Source: Carcharhinus longimanus | Lineage: Eukaryota | Length of the DNA stretch: 64,000 bases | Direction: 5' to 3' | Assembly: GCA_030264375.1 (NCBI GenBank) | Contig: JASCQW010000081.1 | Coordinates: forward strand, 93,422,445-93,486,444 | Shown here: positions 27,201-42,200 of the stretch, in pieces | How positions within the stretch are numbered: position 1 is the stretch's first letter | Layout: the number at the start of each line of letters is the position of its first letter | Program-made: the position numbers and the translations under genes | The notes under the pieces: generated by a model | What the model saw: only the letters and a program-made list of their open reading frames with translations | What the model was told of the DNA's origin: nothing | Databases searched by the model: none

Positions 27201-30200
27201 ATTGAATCGTTTAAAGCAAGGACAGATCGATTTTGGAACTGCAATGGAATTATGTTTTATGGTGAGCTGGCGGGTAAGTGGAGCTGAATCCACGAAAAGA
27301 TCACCCACGACTTTATTGAATGCTGGAGCAGGTTCGACGGGGCAGATGGCTCTTAGTTCTTATGGTCTTATGTCTTTATAAACAATTATCAATGATGATC
27401 ATTTTGGCTAAGCAACCACCAGTTACTGAAATGTAATAAGTGCAATCTAGACGTTGGGGCATGGGGGCATGGAAATATTCACAGCAGTATTTCGCAATTT
27501 CAGTAAGAAATCGTGGGAATACCTCTTCTGCAATCCGCTGTATTTAACTCATTTATACAGTGTTGTGATGGACTAGATCTTACATCTACGATTTGACGTA
27601 CACTCTTTCGGGAGTGGTAGGTGGTGAAGTGCTTTTAAATGTTCTAACATAGCTCTTGAAGTGGAAGTTGGAGTTGTTGTTTGTTTCTTCCTTTCAGTCA
27701 CGATATGTTCTCCTTATAATCATCTAATCATAGGATGTATCCAATGCATAACACAACATTTTCCCACGCCCTTCCCGCCGCCCAATCCCGTAATCTCGCT
27801 CACTTACAATGGCTAATCCACGAAAATACAAACCCTTGGAATATAACCGAAACTAAATAATCGAACCACAAAATTTGCAGGTCAATGGACGATGGGAATA
27901 AAACAGAGCGCCCGGTCGTACTCACGCAGACGGGAGGAACGTGCAAACTCCGCACAGTTGATATCAAATCCGGTTACTAGTGCCGCTAGGCTACATTGGT
28001 AAACACTCCGTCACCGTATGATCCCTTTTCTTCGGAAGGCTAACACAGAGAAAAATAGAACAAGTCGTCTTTGGTGTTGTCAGTCGCTGTTAATTACATA
28101 ATATATGCAATCCTCCATTTAAATAGTTGAGTTCAGTCCGAACAATGAATCACCCGCACTTTGGACTTGAACAATCGAATAATTTCTTCATGCTTAGCAA
28201 TTCCAAAGTTCATCCTGTACATTGTCGATTGGACAACGTGCCCGAATATTTTATGCAACTGAAAAAAACAAAATTTTCTAAGTGATATTTTATGCGTGGT
28301 TCAGCAGATCGCAATAAAGCGGATTCTGAATATGAATTTGCTTCTATCACTTTTTGTTCAAAGTTGGGATGGGTGCATATCATCATGCGGGGTGTAGTTC
28401 TGCTGCCTTATAATTCAGGGAATCTGTAGAAACCACATAGTGCAGAAGGAGACCATTCGGCCCATCGAGTCTGCACCGACCACACTTCCACCCAGGCCCT
28501 ATTCCCGTAACCCTTCATATGCACCGACCCCACTTCCACCCAGGCCCTATTCCCGTAACCCTTCACATTTACCGTGCTAATGGTCCTAACGCTAGGATTG
28601 ATTGAGCATGACCAATCAACATAACCGACACATCTTTGGACTGTTCGAGGAAACCGGAGCAGGAATACAGGCAGAGCGATAATGTACAAATTCCACATAG
28701 AGAATGACTTGAGTCCAGAATTGAACGCAGGTGCCTGGCGTTATGTGACAGCAGTGCTAACTACTGTGACACCATGCCGCCCCAAAATGTAGTTGATGAG
28801 AATGTGTGGACATTGTCTTCCACGGACAATTACAGATGCCTCCTTAGCCTAAACATATCGTAGCTTTAAAAATATAGTTATGTTTAAAGTTCAGTTATGG
28901 AACATCGCAATAAATTAGCAAAACATTTTTATAATGTGAAACTGTATAAGTTATTGAGTATTGTTTGCATGATGTCTCCATGTAAGCCAGACTTTGGCAT
29001 TATTTATCCACATTTGGAATAATAAGCAAGAAAGAAGTGCGCAAAGAAAATGAAAGACAAACATGCTCCAGAGTCTTCCTTTAATGTAAAATGCATTTTA
29101 TTTCTCTCTTCGCTCCATGACTGTGGTCCGAACTGCTGAATCTTCCAGCCCTTCTTACTTTCTAACTACTATCCACAGGATTTTCACTTTAGTGTAGTGT
29201 TAATAGATTGACCTGTCCTTGGCGTCTCATCGAGAAAACGTGAGAAAAAAATGTTTGCTTCATAAGAAAATGCGTTGGATGTCTTAAGAAACGATGTCAA
29301 AAGAATTATTCTCTGTACATTCCAAAATGTTTAATTTTTCAAATGGCATACATTTAAGTAGCGTAATATGCCCAACAGCATAGCAAAACTATGATCGAAA
29401 TAACTTGCTAATTTCACTTCCGCATACATTAAATAACCAACATACGACAATTGAGTTTCAAATGTTCAAATGAGATTACGTATCCGATATTAATGCATGA
29501 AGCTGCCGTGCGTCCTCAATATTGGGAACAGGAGATGGGTGGTTTATTTTATCTTCAACGTATGTGTGACATATTCAGCGTAAGCTAAATTAATATTCAG
29601 GATAAACAAAAAAAAAGCAGCGCACAAGTGATTCGAATTTTCGCGTATGCTGCTAAATGTAAAATAGAATGTGGCAGTAAGTTCAATTGAAATAAAATAA
29701 TGAAATCTGCAAAATGCTTTGACGATTGATTGTCATTCTGTTTTCAGCAGTCGTTAAAACTTTAATGATGTTGATAGCTGTTCAAGAAGAAATTGCACGA
29801 GATAATGCTGTTGGTGTTTGGGTTTGTAAAGGATGATGATGTGAAGCCTTCAATTGTTGGGTATTAAATTCAAATTGTAATTGTCGATATTGTCGCTAAA
29901 AAAAAAATGCTATGTAAGAAATGTGTATCATCTTTAGGTAGTCTTGCCTATATTGCCCATACCCAAAACGATCCCGCTAATGCTTAATCTGCCGAAAAGT
30001 CATTCAAACATCTGAGAAATCAGAACAGATTGAAAAAAAGAGGGATCACCATCAAATGTGGCATGTAAAATGATAAGTGCGCAACTTAGTCAATACTGTC
30101 ACGTCCTTTTTTTTAAGAACATCGGGAAAGCTGTCTAATAGACTAGTCAAGGACGTGCCTTACATATGCGTCCTCATTGAAACATTCCTTCGACAACCCG

Positions 30201-33200
30201 AAATCACCATTATTGGCTACGTTCTATCCCTCAGGTGGGGCAGATCAATCATAAGCCGTGCAATTGTGTTTTATGCATTCTGTTATCTTTAGCATTGACT
30301 CCGGACCACATGTCATCACATCACTTGGCATCAATGTGTACTGACTCCACAGGTCGTATTCAGAATTTACAAGGCATATGACTGTCTTTTAGCTGAATAT
30401 TCGTCATCTGCCTGTCGTGTACATTTCAAGTAATTCTGAAGCAGCCGAAAACCTTTCAGAATAAAGAAGATCACTTCATCTGCATGGAGAAGGAAACATA
30501 TTTTCAGCCTCTCCACCCATAATGCCATGGTGCATACCATCTACGTTAAGACAAGACACGTCTGTGAATCCTAAGCCCTTATTTGAAGTCATATTCCAAA
30601 CCCTTGGCCGTTACCAGGTGGATGTGCAACGGTAGATGTTGTAAGGGAAACACAGCGCAAGATCTTCTCCATATTAACTGGTATCCTGATGAGAAACTTA
30701 ATTGCCACTCCTTCATTTTGGCTATATCCAGCTGTGGTGTAGAAACAGTGCATGAATTACAGCTACTCAAGAAGGGAAATAATCTTGCCGGGAAAAATAT
30801 GGTAAATGCATTGAATCGCCAATCCTTTGACAACATGAAAACATGGTTGGCTATGTCTTTTTTTTTTCGTGAAAGAACTTTGCTTTCACTCAGACCACAC
30901 ACTCACAATATTCCATATACATATGTTGGTCTTCAATTTGAATTAGGAATTCCTTCTGTCAGATTTGCTTACTGAGACTCAAGAGCCACTCCTTGCTGAA
31001 GATCAGAAACACTGCACAACATTTTGTTTGTCCATCTATGCGAAATTTGTGTCGCTGGCTGGCCAAAATGTATTGTCCATCCTTAGTTACCTTTGAGAGA
31101 GTGATGGTGATGTGCCTTCTTTAATCCGTGCGACCTCTTTGCTGTGTACTGACACAAAATACTGTTATGGAAATAATTCTAAGGTTTTGACCCAGCTTCT
31201 GTAAAGGTACGGCGATGTAATTCCAAGTCATGATGGTATGTTGCTTGGAGGGGAACATGCAGGTGGTTTTTCTTCCATATATCTGCTGCCCTCAGCCTTC
31301 CAGATGGAAGTGGCCTTGCGTTTGGAAGGTCCTTGCTCAAAATCAATAGTGAATTGCGGCAGTGAATCTCGTAGATAATATACACCGCTGCCACTGAGCG
31401 CCAGCGGTGGAGGGATTAGATATCTGTTGATGTAGTGCCAATCAGGCGAGATGATTTGCCCTGAATGTTATCAAGCATCGTGAGTATTGTTGAAGCTCTA
31501 CCAATCCGGAGAAGTGAGGAGCATTCCAAAACTCTCCTGACGTTTGTCTTGTAGGTTGTGGCAAATATGTGCGGACCCAGCAGGTGAGTTATTCCCCACA
31601 GGATTCCTAGCCTTTCACTTGCACTTGTAGCACAATAAGCGCCGTCTCTTGCTCTAAATCTTTAGCTATCTTATCGTAATACGACACTGTTGAATAGATC
31701 AAGCAAATAAAACAATCCATATGGCTGTCTGCTGTGCCATACTGGCTGAATGAGTCAGAAAAATTGGCATGGAATATGGCTCATGCGCTTCTGAGATATA
31801 AAGACCATTCGTTCTCACCGAGATTGGTACGCATCATGAATTTAACTTGGGAATCCAACTGGAGTTAAATAATTAAATGGGATTGCAGGTGAAAACTGTT
31901 CAGCCGTAAATCGGTATTTTGTCAGTCCTTCCAACCGCGCCTCTCTGCCGAGCAGTGCAGTTCCTACTTTCCGTTATTGCCTGCAAGAACATTTCCTGTA
32001 ATTTCCCAAAACTATCCATTTGAAATCATTGATAATGCCCAGTTCCATTTACGTGTTAGGAAGCGAATTCCAACCCATTCCTTTCGATAAATGCAGCGTC
32101 CTTTTTCCAATTCTTGCCCACAGCTGTATACATCCGATTCCTATACCCAAAGAGAGTTAATGCGTTTGTCCAATGCTTCTCGCAGGTGATTTGGAAATTC
32201 AGTAGTTGCGTGGTGCAGGACATTTAATGTACAGAGGAACTCATTATACTTTGTTTCGCCCTGCCAGAGGGAACAAAATGAATCACCGACGACTTTCCGC
32301 GGAAATTAGCAGCTATCGCTGAACGCAGTTTAGGAAACAACACTATAATCTGTATAACATGAACATATTATCCTGCTGTGAAACTTTATTTTGTGGCGAA
32401 ACAGCAGGCAGCGTCAAATTATTCATTAAATGCTTAATCAAATGCACGTCAGCTATTTCAATAGGAACAGTTTAAGTAAGAATGACACTCTATTAAGTCA
32501 CTTGGTAATTCTTGACGTTGTTTTCCGAACAGAAAGCCTCTCCCCTCTGTAGACACTGTTTATTTCTGGATCATGTTTTGTTTTTTCAGATTCTGGTTGA
32601 ATTTCAGGACAGATGGTACTGTTATTTTCACATCAAGTGTACTTTATACATTCAAAATGTAAAGAATGTTGTGGTTTTCTGGCAGGCCAGGGAAACGTTG
32701 TTTCAAATTTCAGCGTGTCCTCCAAAATATTTCACCTCATTCAATATACAGGATTGGGAACTCTTGTGGAAGTTGCACAAGGCATTGGAATGGCCACACA
32801 TGGGATAATGTGCATAGTTATGTTCACCCTATTATTGAAAGGATATTATTCAACTAGAAAGTGCAGAAAAGATGATACCAAGAATTGATTGTTTGAGTTA
32901 TAAGGAGAGGCTGATAGAGTATTTTTTTTTCTCTCTCTCGAGCGTAGAAGGCTGAGAGGTGGTTTTATAGAGGTCTAAAAAAAATGAGGGACTCAGATTA
33001 GCTCGATATTCAATGTATTTTCCCAATTTAGGGAAGTCTAAAACTAGAGGGCATAGGTTAGAAGTGAAAGAGAAGAGATGCAAAAGTGTCCACCGGGGCA
33101 TTTTATTATTTTTTCACCCAGAGAGGGGCGAGTGTCTGGAGAAAAAAAAACAACTGCCAGAGGTAGTAGTGGATGTGGGTACAGTTTTTTTTTAAACAAA

Positions 33201-36200
33201 ACGTATTTAGACAGTTGCATGAATAAGATGGGTACAGAGGGATATGAACCAAATGCAGGCAATTGGGATTAGCCTAGTGGTTTAAAAAAAAACAAAAGAA
33301 GAGCATGAACAAATTGGGCCGAAGGGCCTGTTTCCATGTTGTAAACCTCTATAACTCTATAAGCGACGCAGTTTTGCAAGAACAACATCATTCAAAGCTT
33401 GGGGTCAAGCTGTTGGCAAGCTCATACTTCAAAAAAAAGAAGTTGCGATAAATAGAATCTTATTAACGAAGCAACAGTAATCGTTTCACTTTTGAATCGT
33501 TGGCACAACGACTGAAATACATAACTTTGTTTTGGAATCTTTCAGTATGGCAATGGCAAATAAACCAGTTTGGAAATTGAATTGCAATCATATTAAGACC
33601 AGGGGAAACCCGGTTTGAAAACTATTTAAAATTATTTAGAACAGCCAAGTGAAAAAAAAATCAAAAGATGCGACAACTAGCTATTTAGTATCCTTCTAAA
33701 TATTTATACTGTGGAATCGAGTGTGCTGACTTCATTTTTGCACTGTACAAACAGTAACTAGAGTTTCAATGTTTTCCCTCGAGACTGAGATATTTCTGCC
33801 TTTGATAATGGTGTATCCAATGCCATCATGGAGAGAATTAATTATCCCCTAGCAGAAACAACATGATGCTTCTATTAAAGCAGAGCTTATTTTTTCTAGC
33901 CATTGTAATTTTGACACCATTAGTCTGAAAATAAAGCATCAAAATAATTAATTTAGGATGGCACAGTTGCACAGCGAGTGGCACTGCTGGTGCATAGGCC
34001 CAGCAACCCGGGTTAAATTCCGGCTCGAGTCAGCTCTAAATGGAATTTGCGCATTCTCCCCATGTTTGTAATATCCTCTGACTAGTTTCCTTCCACAGTG
34101 CAGAGGTGTGCCGATTATGTGAATTGGCCTGTCTAAATTCCTCCCTTCGTTTCGATGCGAGGGGGGTTGGGGCTGGGGTGGGGGGGCGGGGGGCGGTGGT
34201 TACCAGGTTAACTNNNNNNNNNNNNNNNNNNNNNNNNNNNNNNNNNNNNNNNNNNNNNNNNNNNNNNNNNNNNNNNNNNNNNNNNNNNNNNNNNNNNNNN
34301 NNNNNNNNNNNNNGCAACGCCATCCACGCTCTCAAGACCAACCGCAACATTGTCATCAAACCAGCAGACAAAGGAGGGGCCATCGTCATAATGAACAGAA
34401 GGGATTACTGTAAAGAAGTATACCGACAACTAAACAATGAGGAACACTACAGACAGTTACCCACAGGTCCGACCAAAGAACACACTCGACAACTCAACAC
34501 TCTGATCAAGACCCCATTCACCTGACGAAGGGACTAACCCAAAAGCTAGTGAGTGTACTATCAAATAAATGGGTTGGACCTGAACCTGGTGTTGTCAGAC
34601 TTTTTACTGTAATTATCACATCACCAAAGTCGCCAAGCAATGCTTTATGTAAAAAGCATTCGGATTTCTAACGGCATTCTTAATTATTCTATTTCCAAGG
34701 AAATTTGGAGTCGTCCATGCTATGTCTTGAGCAACTATATGTGTACTTTAATTGTTTTTTTTGCCAAGAGAAACAAACATGGTGTGTTATGTTATTTATC
34801 TGTCGGAAAATTGAGAGCAGGGAAGGTGGAACATCCAGCTAATTTACAGGAATATGGACATGTCCGTGTAGCGAGATATTTTGTTTTAGCAGACTGGGCA
34901 TATTTGTTCTTCATGCCCAACGAGAAATTACCGCATTGATAAAACGACAAATAAATGATCTGAAAGAAGATAAGGAAATACTGTCCATACTGGACACCCA
35001 ACACCAATGGTAATTGTCATTGTCTTATTAAACGAACGACTTGGCAAGTGGTATGGGTTCAAACGGGTGAGAAAACGAATGGAATATCGCAAAATACATT
35101 GTGTGAAGGAAAGTTTTCCATTCAGGAGCCACAAAATATTGGCACGCAGAAAAGAGATCTATTCCGTTGAGATGTTCAGCGATTATGCAGTTAATTTAGT
35201 AGTGTTCCAGGAATTCAGACAACAAACTTGGTGGCTAGGGCTTGAAGATAGTAACCTTTTGTTTGCAGGTCATCTGGGGATATGGTTGATTGGGAACTTC
35301 TAAGACACGTGGAAAAGAGCAATGTGTGTGGCAAAGCATATAACGGCAAGTTACAGTAAGTCAGGAAACGTTAGAAGCTAACATTAATTCTGTATGAAAG
35401 GATGAGATGCATGAATGGATTACTTGTAATTGAGATATATTAGGTATTACGGGGACATTGCAAATGGTCGTATAGTTTCTGCTATAAAGCTTACATAATA
35501 AATAACATTTTGAATTGAAATTTGGAATAAAAACAACGAATGTTAATGCAATAGTCAAACATGACATGAGACATCTGTGAGCAGAAATCTCGGTGTGGTA
35601 TATCATGAAATAGAGAGAGGTATATTTTGAACTGCAGGAATAAGAGATCGACAATATGAGTAGCCGATAGCCCACAAACAGCACTGGTCTCATTGTGTAC
35701 ACGCATTTAGACAACCAAAATAATAACAACGATTATTTTGTATACGCTTTTGAGTGGCTTTTTTAAATTCGGTTTGTAGAATGGTTTCGTGAGAAACCAT
35801 TGTAACATGATTTTGTGGAATCAATCATGGTAAAGCTGTTCGGTATCTGATTTTGCTGCCCGGAGTAGAGTATATTAGCAAACTCATTAAAGTATCTTCC
35901 CGGGAAATGTATCATGTTTAATTGGATGCTATGCTAATTTGAAAACCCCAAACCCCACTAGCAATTAACACGATTCAAATCAATCTTTTTTTTAAAATCG
36001 ATTGGGTAAATGGACAAAAATGTGAGGTAGTGGAAAGACAGTGGAACACCTTCAAATAAACTGTTAAGCCAATATATGAGGAAGCATGACTGCCGTTGGA
36101 ACACCATACTACAGAAAATATTGATTTACGGAAAGCAAATTTATCCAGATTAATTTGACTTATTTTCACGCTATTTCAAAAAAAGTAGTGAATTGGAGGT

Positions 36201-39200
36201 TATATTATGTGAGGATTGCTGAAGTGAATGTGATGAGTTGTGACACATAAATGCTATCTATGTAGATAAGGATTCGTCGCTTTGACAATAAAATAACAAG
36301 ATAAGCTCTGCATTATTTCAATCCCAGTGAGCAAAACACCGATATAGTTGGAACATTCATTATTTTCAACTTGGCATGTAGGGATAAGTAGAGTGCTATC
36401 TGCTCCTGGACCTCCGATGCGTGCAGAGATTAAAGGCCAAAGAAATAGCGACAAACATATTAAATTTTGAAGAGTACACCAAGCTAAACTGGAACACAAG
36501 TTATGAAAGGGCCGGTAGCAAACAGGAAAAAAAAGGACACGGGGCTTTTAAATTAACTGGCAGAAAGGCGACAAATGTACGGTCTGAAACGACAATATTA
36601 TGACATATGGGACGCCGTCATTTAGCACGCAAGTCGAGAAAACAATTGGAAAGGTAAATGTAATGTTAGACTCGGTGGCACAGTAGCACAATGCTTAGAA
36701 ATGCTGCCTGACATGGCCAGAGAGCCGGGTTTGATTACCAGGCACTGTTGCTGCAGAGCCTGTGTCTTCCTCTGTCTGCGTGGGTTACTCTTGGTACGCC
36801 GGTTTCCTCCCAAACCAGAAGAAGTTTTTTTTTTAGCTGCATTCGTCACGCTAAGTTCCCCTCAAAGCACTCGAACAAGAGCTGGAGTGTGAAGACTCGG
36901 GGATACTCACAGTAATTTCATCGCAGTGTTTATGTCACCCTAACTGTGATTCTAATAGATACACTTCTACAGTTTAAACATCGTTGCAGCTGGATTTGAA
37001 GAACACATCAGGCTACAATTGCACATAGAATAAATATATCTGGAACTCTGCTTTTGCTCTCCAAACTTAAAGAAGTTCACATAGATATGTCAGACAGTCC
37101 AGAGAAATTTCAGTATACTGATGCTGGACTGATTTTTTTTTCCTGATGGTGCAAGGAGTCAAACATTGAGCAGACATGCGCAGCAATAAAGGAGAATAAA
37201 ATATAACCTTCCATAAACATGCCGCCAATATGTCATTGTGTCAAGATTGCGAGGCTGTGCGAATAGTTGGACTTATCATTGTACATGGTTGTTGACGCTG
37301 CATCGTTCAATAGATTAAATATGGTATACAGACATATTTAGCTCTCAGGAAGGCAAATGATTGGAACTTTATGCCAGACAATGAGCTGATTTATCTTTGA
37401 TTAGATGCGCATGAGACATTCTTGTAACTGCTACTTCAACACATTTTTAATGGAGGAACCCTGAATGAGAAAAAATAATTTCAACAACGAATACATTTTA
37501 CATATTTCCACTGTGAAACGTTTATTTTAGATTTTTTTTTCATCCTAACTATATACATGCTTGTGTTTGTAAAGTCGCAATGTCAAGCGATCTAGACTTT
37601 ATTCCAATTCTGCAACCTATGTTGACATATTTTTCATATTGCACGGAATTCGTTAAAAAGTATAATTAATACATTCTACAGTAAGCATCCAGCAGGAGAA
37701 TACACATTTTGTGGTAAATTCAGCCCTATTTACTCACCACTATCCAGTTTAAGCTGTTTTATTTCTGTAAATACAACACGTTGCGGCTAAATTATTTACA
37801 CGATAATTGGACACATCTGAAGCGTACATTTTAAGTTTCTCGCTAGCTTGACAAGAGCAAAAAAAACACACAATAAAAGAAATGACAGAATAACACAAGC
37901 CCTTCGCCTCCATAATCACGCAGGGACCATTTTGCCCGTCTGAAATGAAACCCCTTCTGAAACCATATTTCCTTCCTATTCATGTTATTTTCCAGACGCC
38001 AGTCAAAGGTCACTACCATATCTGCTTCCACGACATTCCCCGGCAGCTAGTTCCAGGCAGTCACCACGCTCTGTGTAAAAGTACTTCCCTGGTGCATCTG
38101 TTTGAAACTTCGCACGCCATACAGTAAACGCATACCCTCCAGCAATTGACTCTTCCAATGTGGGGAGGGGGAATAAAAACATCTGACTATCCACGCTCTC
38201 CATGCTACTGTTAAATTTGCAGACATTTCTCACTATCGTTCCTCAACATCTGTCGATCCAGTGAGACCAAACCAAGTTCCTCCTCATATCCAGTGCCCAC
38301 TATTTCAGGCAACATCCTGGAAAATGTTTTTTCTACTCTCTCTAAAGCCTCCTCATCCTTCTGGTACTGAAACAACTAAAATTAAGCACAATGCGCGAAG
38401 TGCAGCCTAACAAAGATTCTATAAATCTGCAACATGGCTTGCCATTTTTTTTAAACGCAATGCCCCGGCTAATGAAGGCAAGCACACCGTACGTCTTCTG
38501 GACTAACGTCTCCACCTGTCTGGCCACTCTCAGAGACCTGTGTACCTGTGCAAATAGATTCATCTGCCTATCGAATCTGTTAAGGGTTCTACCATGTACT
38601 GCACATTTTCCATCTGTACTATACCTTACAAAATGCTTGATGTCGCATTTGTCCCGACTGAACTCCATCTGCTATATTTCAGTTGAAGTCTCCTACCTAT
38701 GCTGCTGTATCCTTCGATTGCCCTCATTGTTATCCACAATCCCGCAATCTTTGTGCCGTCTGTAAACTCAATAATCGAACCAGTTACATTTTGCTCCAAA
38801 TAATTTCCTATGTATTGCAAACAGCGCAGGTCCCAGCACTGATCCCATAAGTCACATTTCTCCATTCACAAGCGCACACTTCCAATTCTATCTGCTGGCT
38901 TCTATGACTGAAACAGTTGTCTATCCATTTGCCAGTTTACCTCTGATCCCGTGCGACTTCACCTTCTGTACCAGTCTACCATAAATGGCATTGTCAGAGA
39001 TCTTTCCGAAGTCCACGTATAGAACATCCACTGCCTTGCTTCATCAATCATCTTCATCACTTCCTGGAAAACTAGATGAACTTACTAAAACAACACCTCC
39101 CCCCTCCCCCGCCTTCCCAAAACCATGTTGTCTCTCGATAATACGCCCATATGGAAATAAGTGGGCGTATTATTTATTTCTAAATGGAAATAAATACTGC

Positions 39201-42200
39201 CTCGAAGAACCTTCTGCAATAATTTCCCCTACTATTGAAATAAAGCCCAACGGTCTGTTATTACCTCGATTGTGGTTGCTTGGCTTTTTATACACGAGGC
39301 AACATTGGCCACTCTCCAATCTCCCAGGACCTCCTCTAGAGACACTAAGGATACAACGGCTTTTCTCAAGGTCCCAACAATTTCCTCTCTTGACTTTCAC
39401 AGTATCTTGGGGTATATCCCAACTTGCCTATCTTAATGTTCTTCAAGAATCTTAATACCTCCTTCTAGATCTCAAAATGGCACAAACTGTCAACGCACTG
39501 TCCACTAGACTATTCACCACCAAATCTTTCTACTTGGTGAATTCTGATGCAAAGTACTGACTTGACACCTCACTCATTTCTTCTGGCTGCACGCATCGAT
39601 TCACTCCCCTGCCCTTGAGTGGGCTAACCCTCTCCCTGGCTAACCTATTTCTCTTAATGAATATATATGAAGCCTTTGGCATTTTCCTTAATCCCGTTGG
39701 CCAGACTGTTTTTGGCCCTTTTAGCCCGCGTGACCCCATGCTTACATTTGTTTTAACTTCCCTTGTATTCTATCCTTGGCTTCTCTGTTCCCAGCTCCTT
39801 GCCTTGATAAATGTCTCACTTCATTACTTTTGATCAGACTGACAATATCTGTCGTTACCCAAGGTTTCTGAAACTTGCCTCATTTATTCTTCATTCTTGT
39901 CGGAATGTGCCAGCCGTGAATTACGTTTGAAATTATGAGGATTGTGGACAGGCTGAAGAGGAAGCAGTCTTTCCCTGAGTTGAAGTTTAATTATTAGTGT
40001 CGCAATTAGACTTACATGAACACTGCTTTGAAGTTTCTGTGAAGAACTTAGTTGAAGGATGATTAACAAGGAGGCATTATTTTGTGGTGAGGGAAAGGAC
40101 GTTAAAGGGGATATGAGGATTTGGGTCTCAGCCATATCGCGGCCAGAGAAGAATTACTGAATAAATACTCTGTGGCAATTGTCAAAAGAAAGGATTCTGT
40201 TATTTATAATTCCCCATTCAATCTTAGTCCGGAACTGACATTTTTAAAAAAAACGTGCCGTTGTTCATGAAGGCAAAGTTATAGATTCTCGGCATCATTA
40301 GGTCGAAATTACTTTCGTAAAATGGCAAACAGTCAGGACGTATTTTTTTGATGCAGGCACGTAAAGCGTTATATCTTTTGCTCTTTCGACTTATGCTGAC
40401 AAACATGGTTCTGAGTGTCGGTTTCAAAACTGCTACATCTGCATTTATTTGCTGTTGTTTTAGCGCTTTGTGTCGATTTCTATTTGCATTTCCAAACATT
40501 GTGCTGGTCTTTTATTATGTTTATGGTTGATCGGAAGTTGATAGGTCGTTATGCATTTCGCCTTCAAAAGAAATCAATTGAACCGAAGGTTCGGATAAAA
40601 TTAAGAGCATTGACAAATTAATGTTATTACTTTACATGATCTTATAAATAATATATATATATATATATATATTTGAACTAAATTATCATTTTTAGGCAGA
40701 CCTCCATAGAAGTGTTATGTGGCTATTATTTTAAAATGGTTTACCTTCATCCTTCAGAAGCAACAGCTCCGCTAATGAAGAAGACAGATTTTGAGAGCAA
40801 TGCAAACAATTACTTTCAATTGCATTTATTAGTTGCTTCATGCACGCGTACTACTGTGCAGGTACACAAATTTACTTTGTGTGTAGATTTAATTATACCG
40901 GATGATTAAGCTTTTTTTTTCTTACCGACATCCTTACGAATTTGTTCCAATTTTTCCTGTTCTGAAAACAACGATGCACATGTCAATTTCGATCCGTTTG
41001 CATCAGACAGCGTTCGGCATGAATAGTAGACGAGGAAGCTAACCACCCGATCTATTTGGAACTAAGCATGTCTCTATTATCGCTATTCATATTAAAGTTT
41101 GTCTTGATCTCTCAGCAAAGGATAGAGTAAAAATTAATGAAATTGTGCTTGCAAACTGCAGTAGACTGCGAACAGATTTGCAGATTCGGACATGACAACT
41201 GCAATTCTGCGGCCCTGTCTGCCACGTAATTGAAGCACTCGAGGGGCGGACAGTAGAGATGTGCGTTCGTTTCAGGCTGGAACTCCCCATTTCCGTTGAC
41301 GTGACCATAATATCCTTTAAGTAATTCCATAACACCAAGTGAAAGTTCAGCAGGTTTATTTGGTAGCACGAGTTTTTGGACTGTCGCCCCTTAATCAGGT
41401 GAGTAAAGAGTTCAGTTCACAAAGAGGGCATAGAAGACACAAATTCAATTACAAGATAATGGTTTGAATGCGAGTCTTAGCAAGTAATCAATTCTTTACC
41501 GATGCAGACAATACGAGTGGAGGGAGGGTTATGCATAGATGAAAGAAGTGTGAATTGGGTCCAGCCAGGACAGTTACTGAGACTTTGCGAATCCAGGCAA
41601 GTCATGAGGGTTACAGACAGTGTGACGTGAACCCCACATCCCGGTTGAGGCCGTCCGCATGTGTGCGGAACTTGGCTATCAGCTCCTGCACAACGATGCT
41701 ACGTTGTCGTGTATCATGAAGGAGTACTTACCTGAAGAATAGAGGTTGTATATGCTTGACTGCTGATTCGCTACCCGACAATTAGGGAACAATCCTGCAT
41801 CGTGATTCTTGAGCGGTGTCCATTCATCCATTGCCATAGCGTCTGCATGCCTCGGCACATCCTTTCCAGCAGTGAATCACATAGACAACGTTGGCCGAGC
41901 CGTAAGAATATGTAGGTGTACCTGGTGGGTGGTATTCTCACGTGAGATGACGGCATCCTTTTCGGTGATCCGGCAAGTCTTGCAGAGGTTGCTGTGGCAG
42001 GGTTATGTAGTATCGTGGTCACTGTTCTCTTGCGTACTATGGTCCGTCGAGGTTGCGCGGTTGTTTGAAAGGATCTCTGGAGGTGTGGTGATGGCTCGGG
42101 GAGATGTTTGTCTTCGATGAAGACGGACATCTCGCCAAGGCATGGCCACACCTCCAGTACTTGCCTTCAGACAATGCGTGCAACGTCAAACAGACCATTA

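Noticed and set aside
30583-30975. 130-aa ORF
   Set aside because: Overlaps a decayed LINE; non-ATG start; no domain.
34932-34959. 28-nt segment with strong acceptor and donor on the minus strand
   Set aside because: Not a multiple of 3, and the peptide (DHLFVVLSM) is unlike the array; at most a poison exon.
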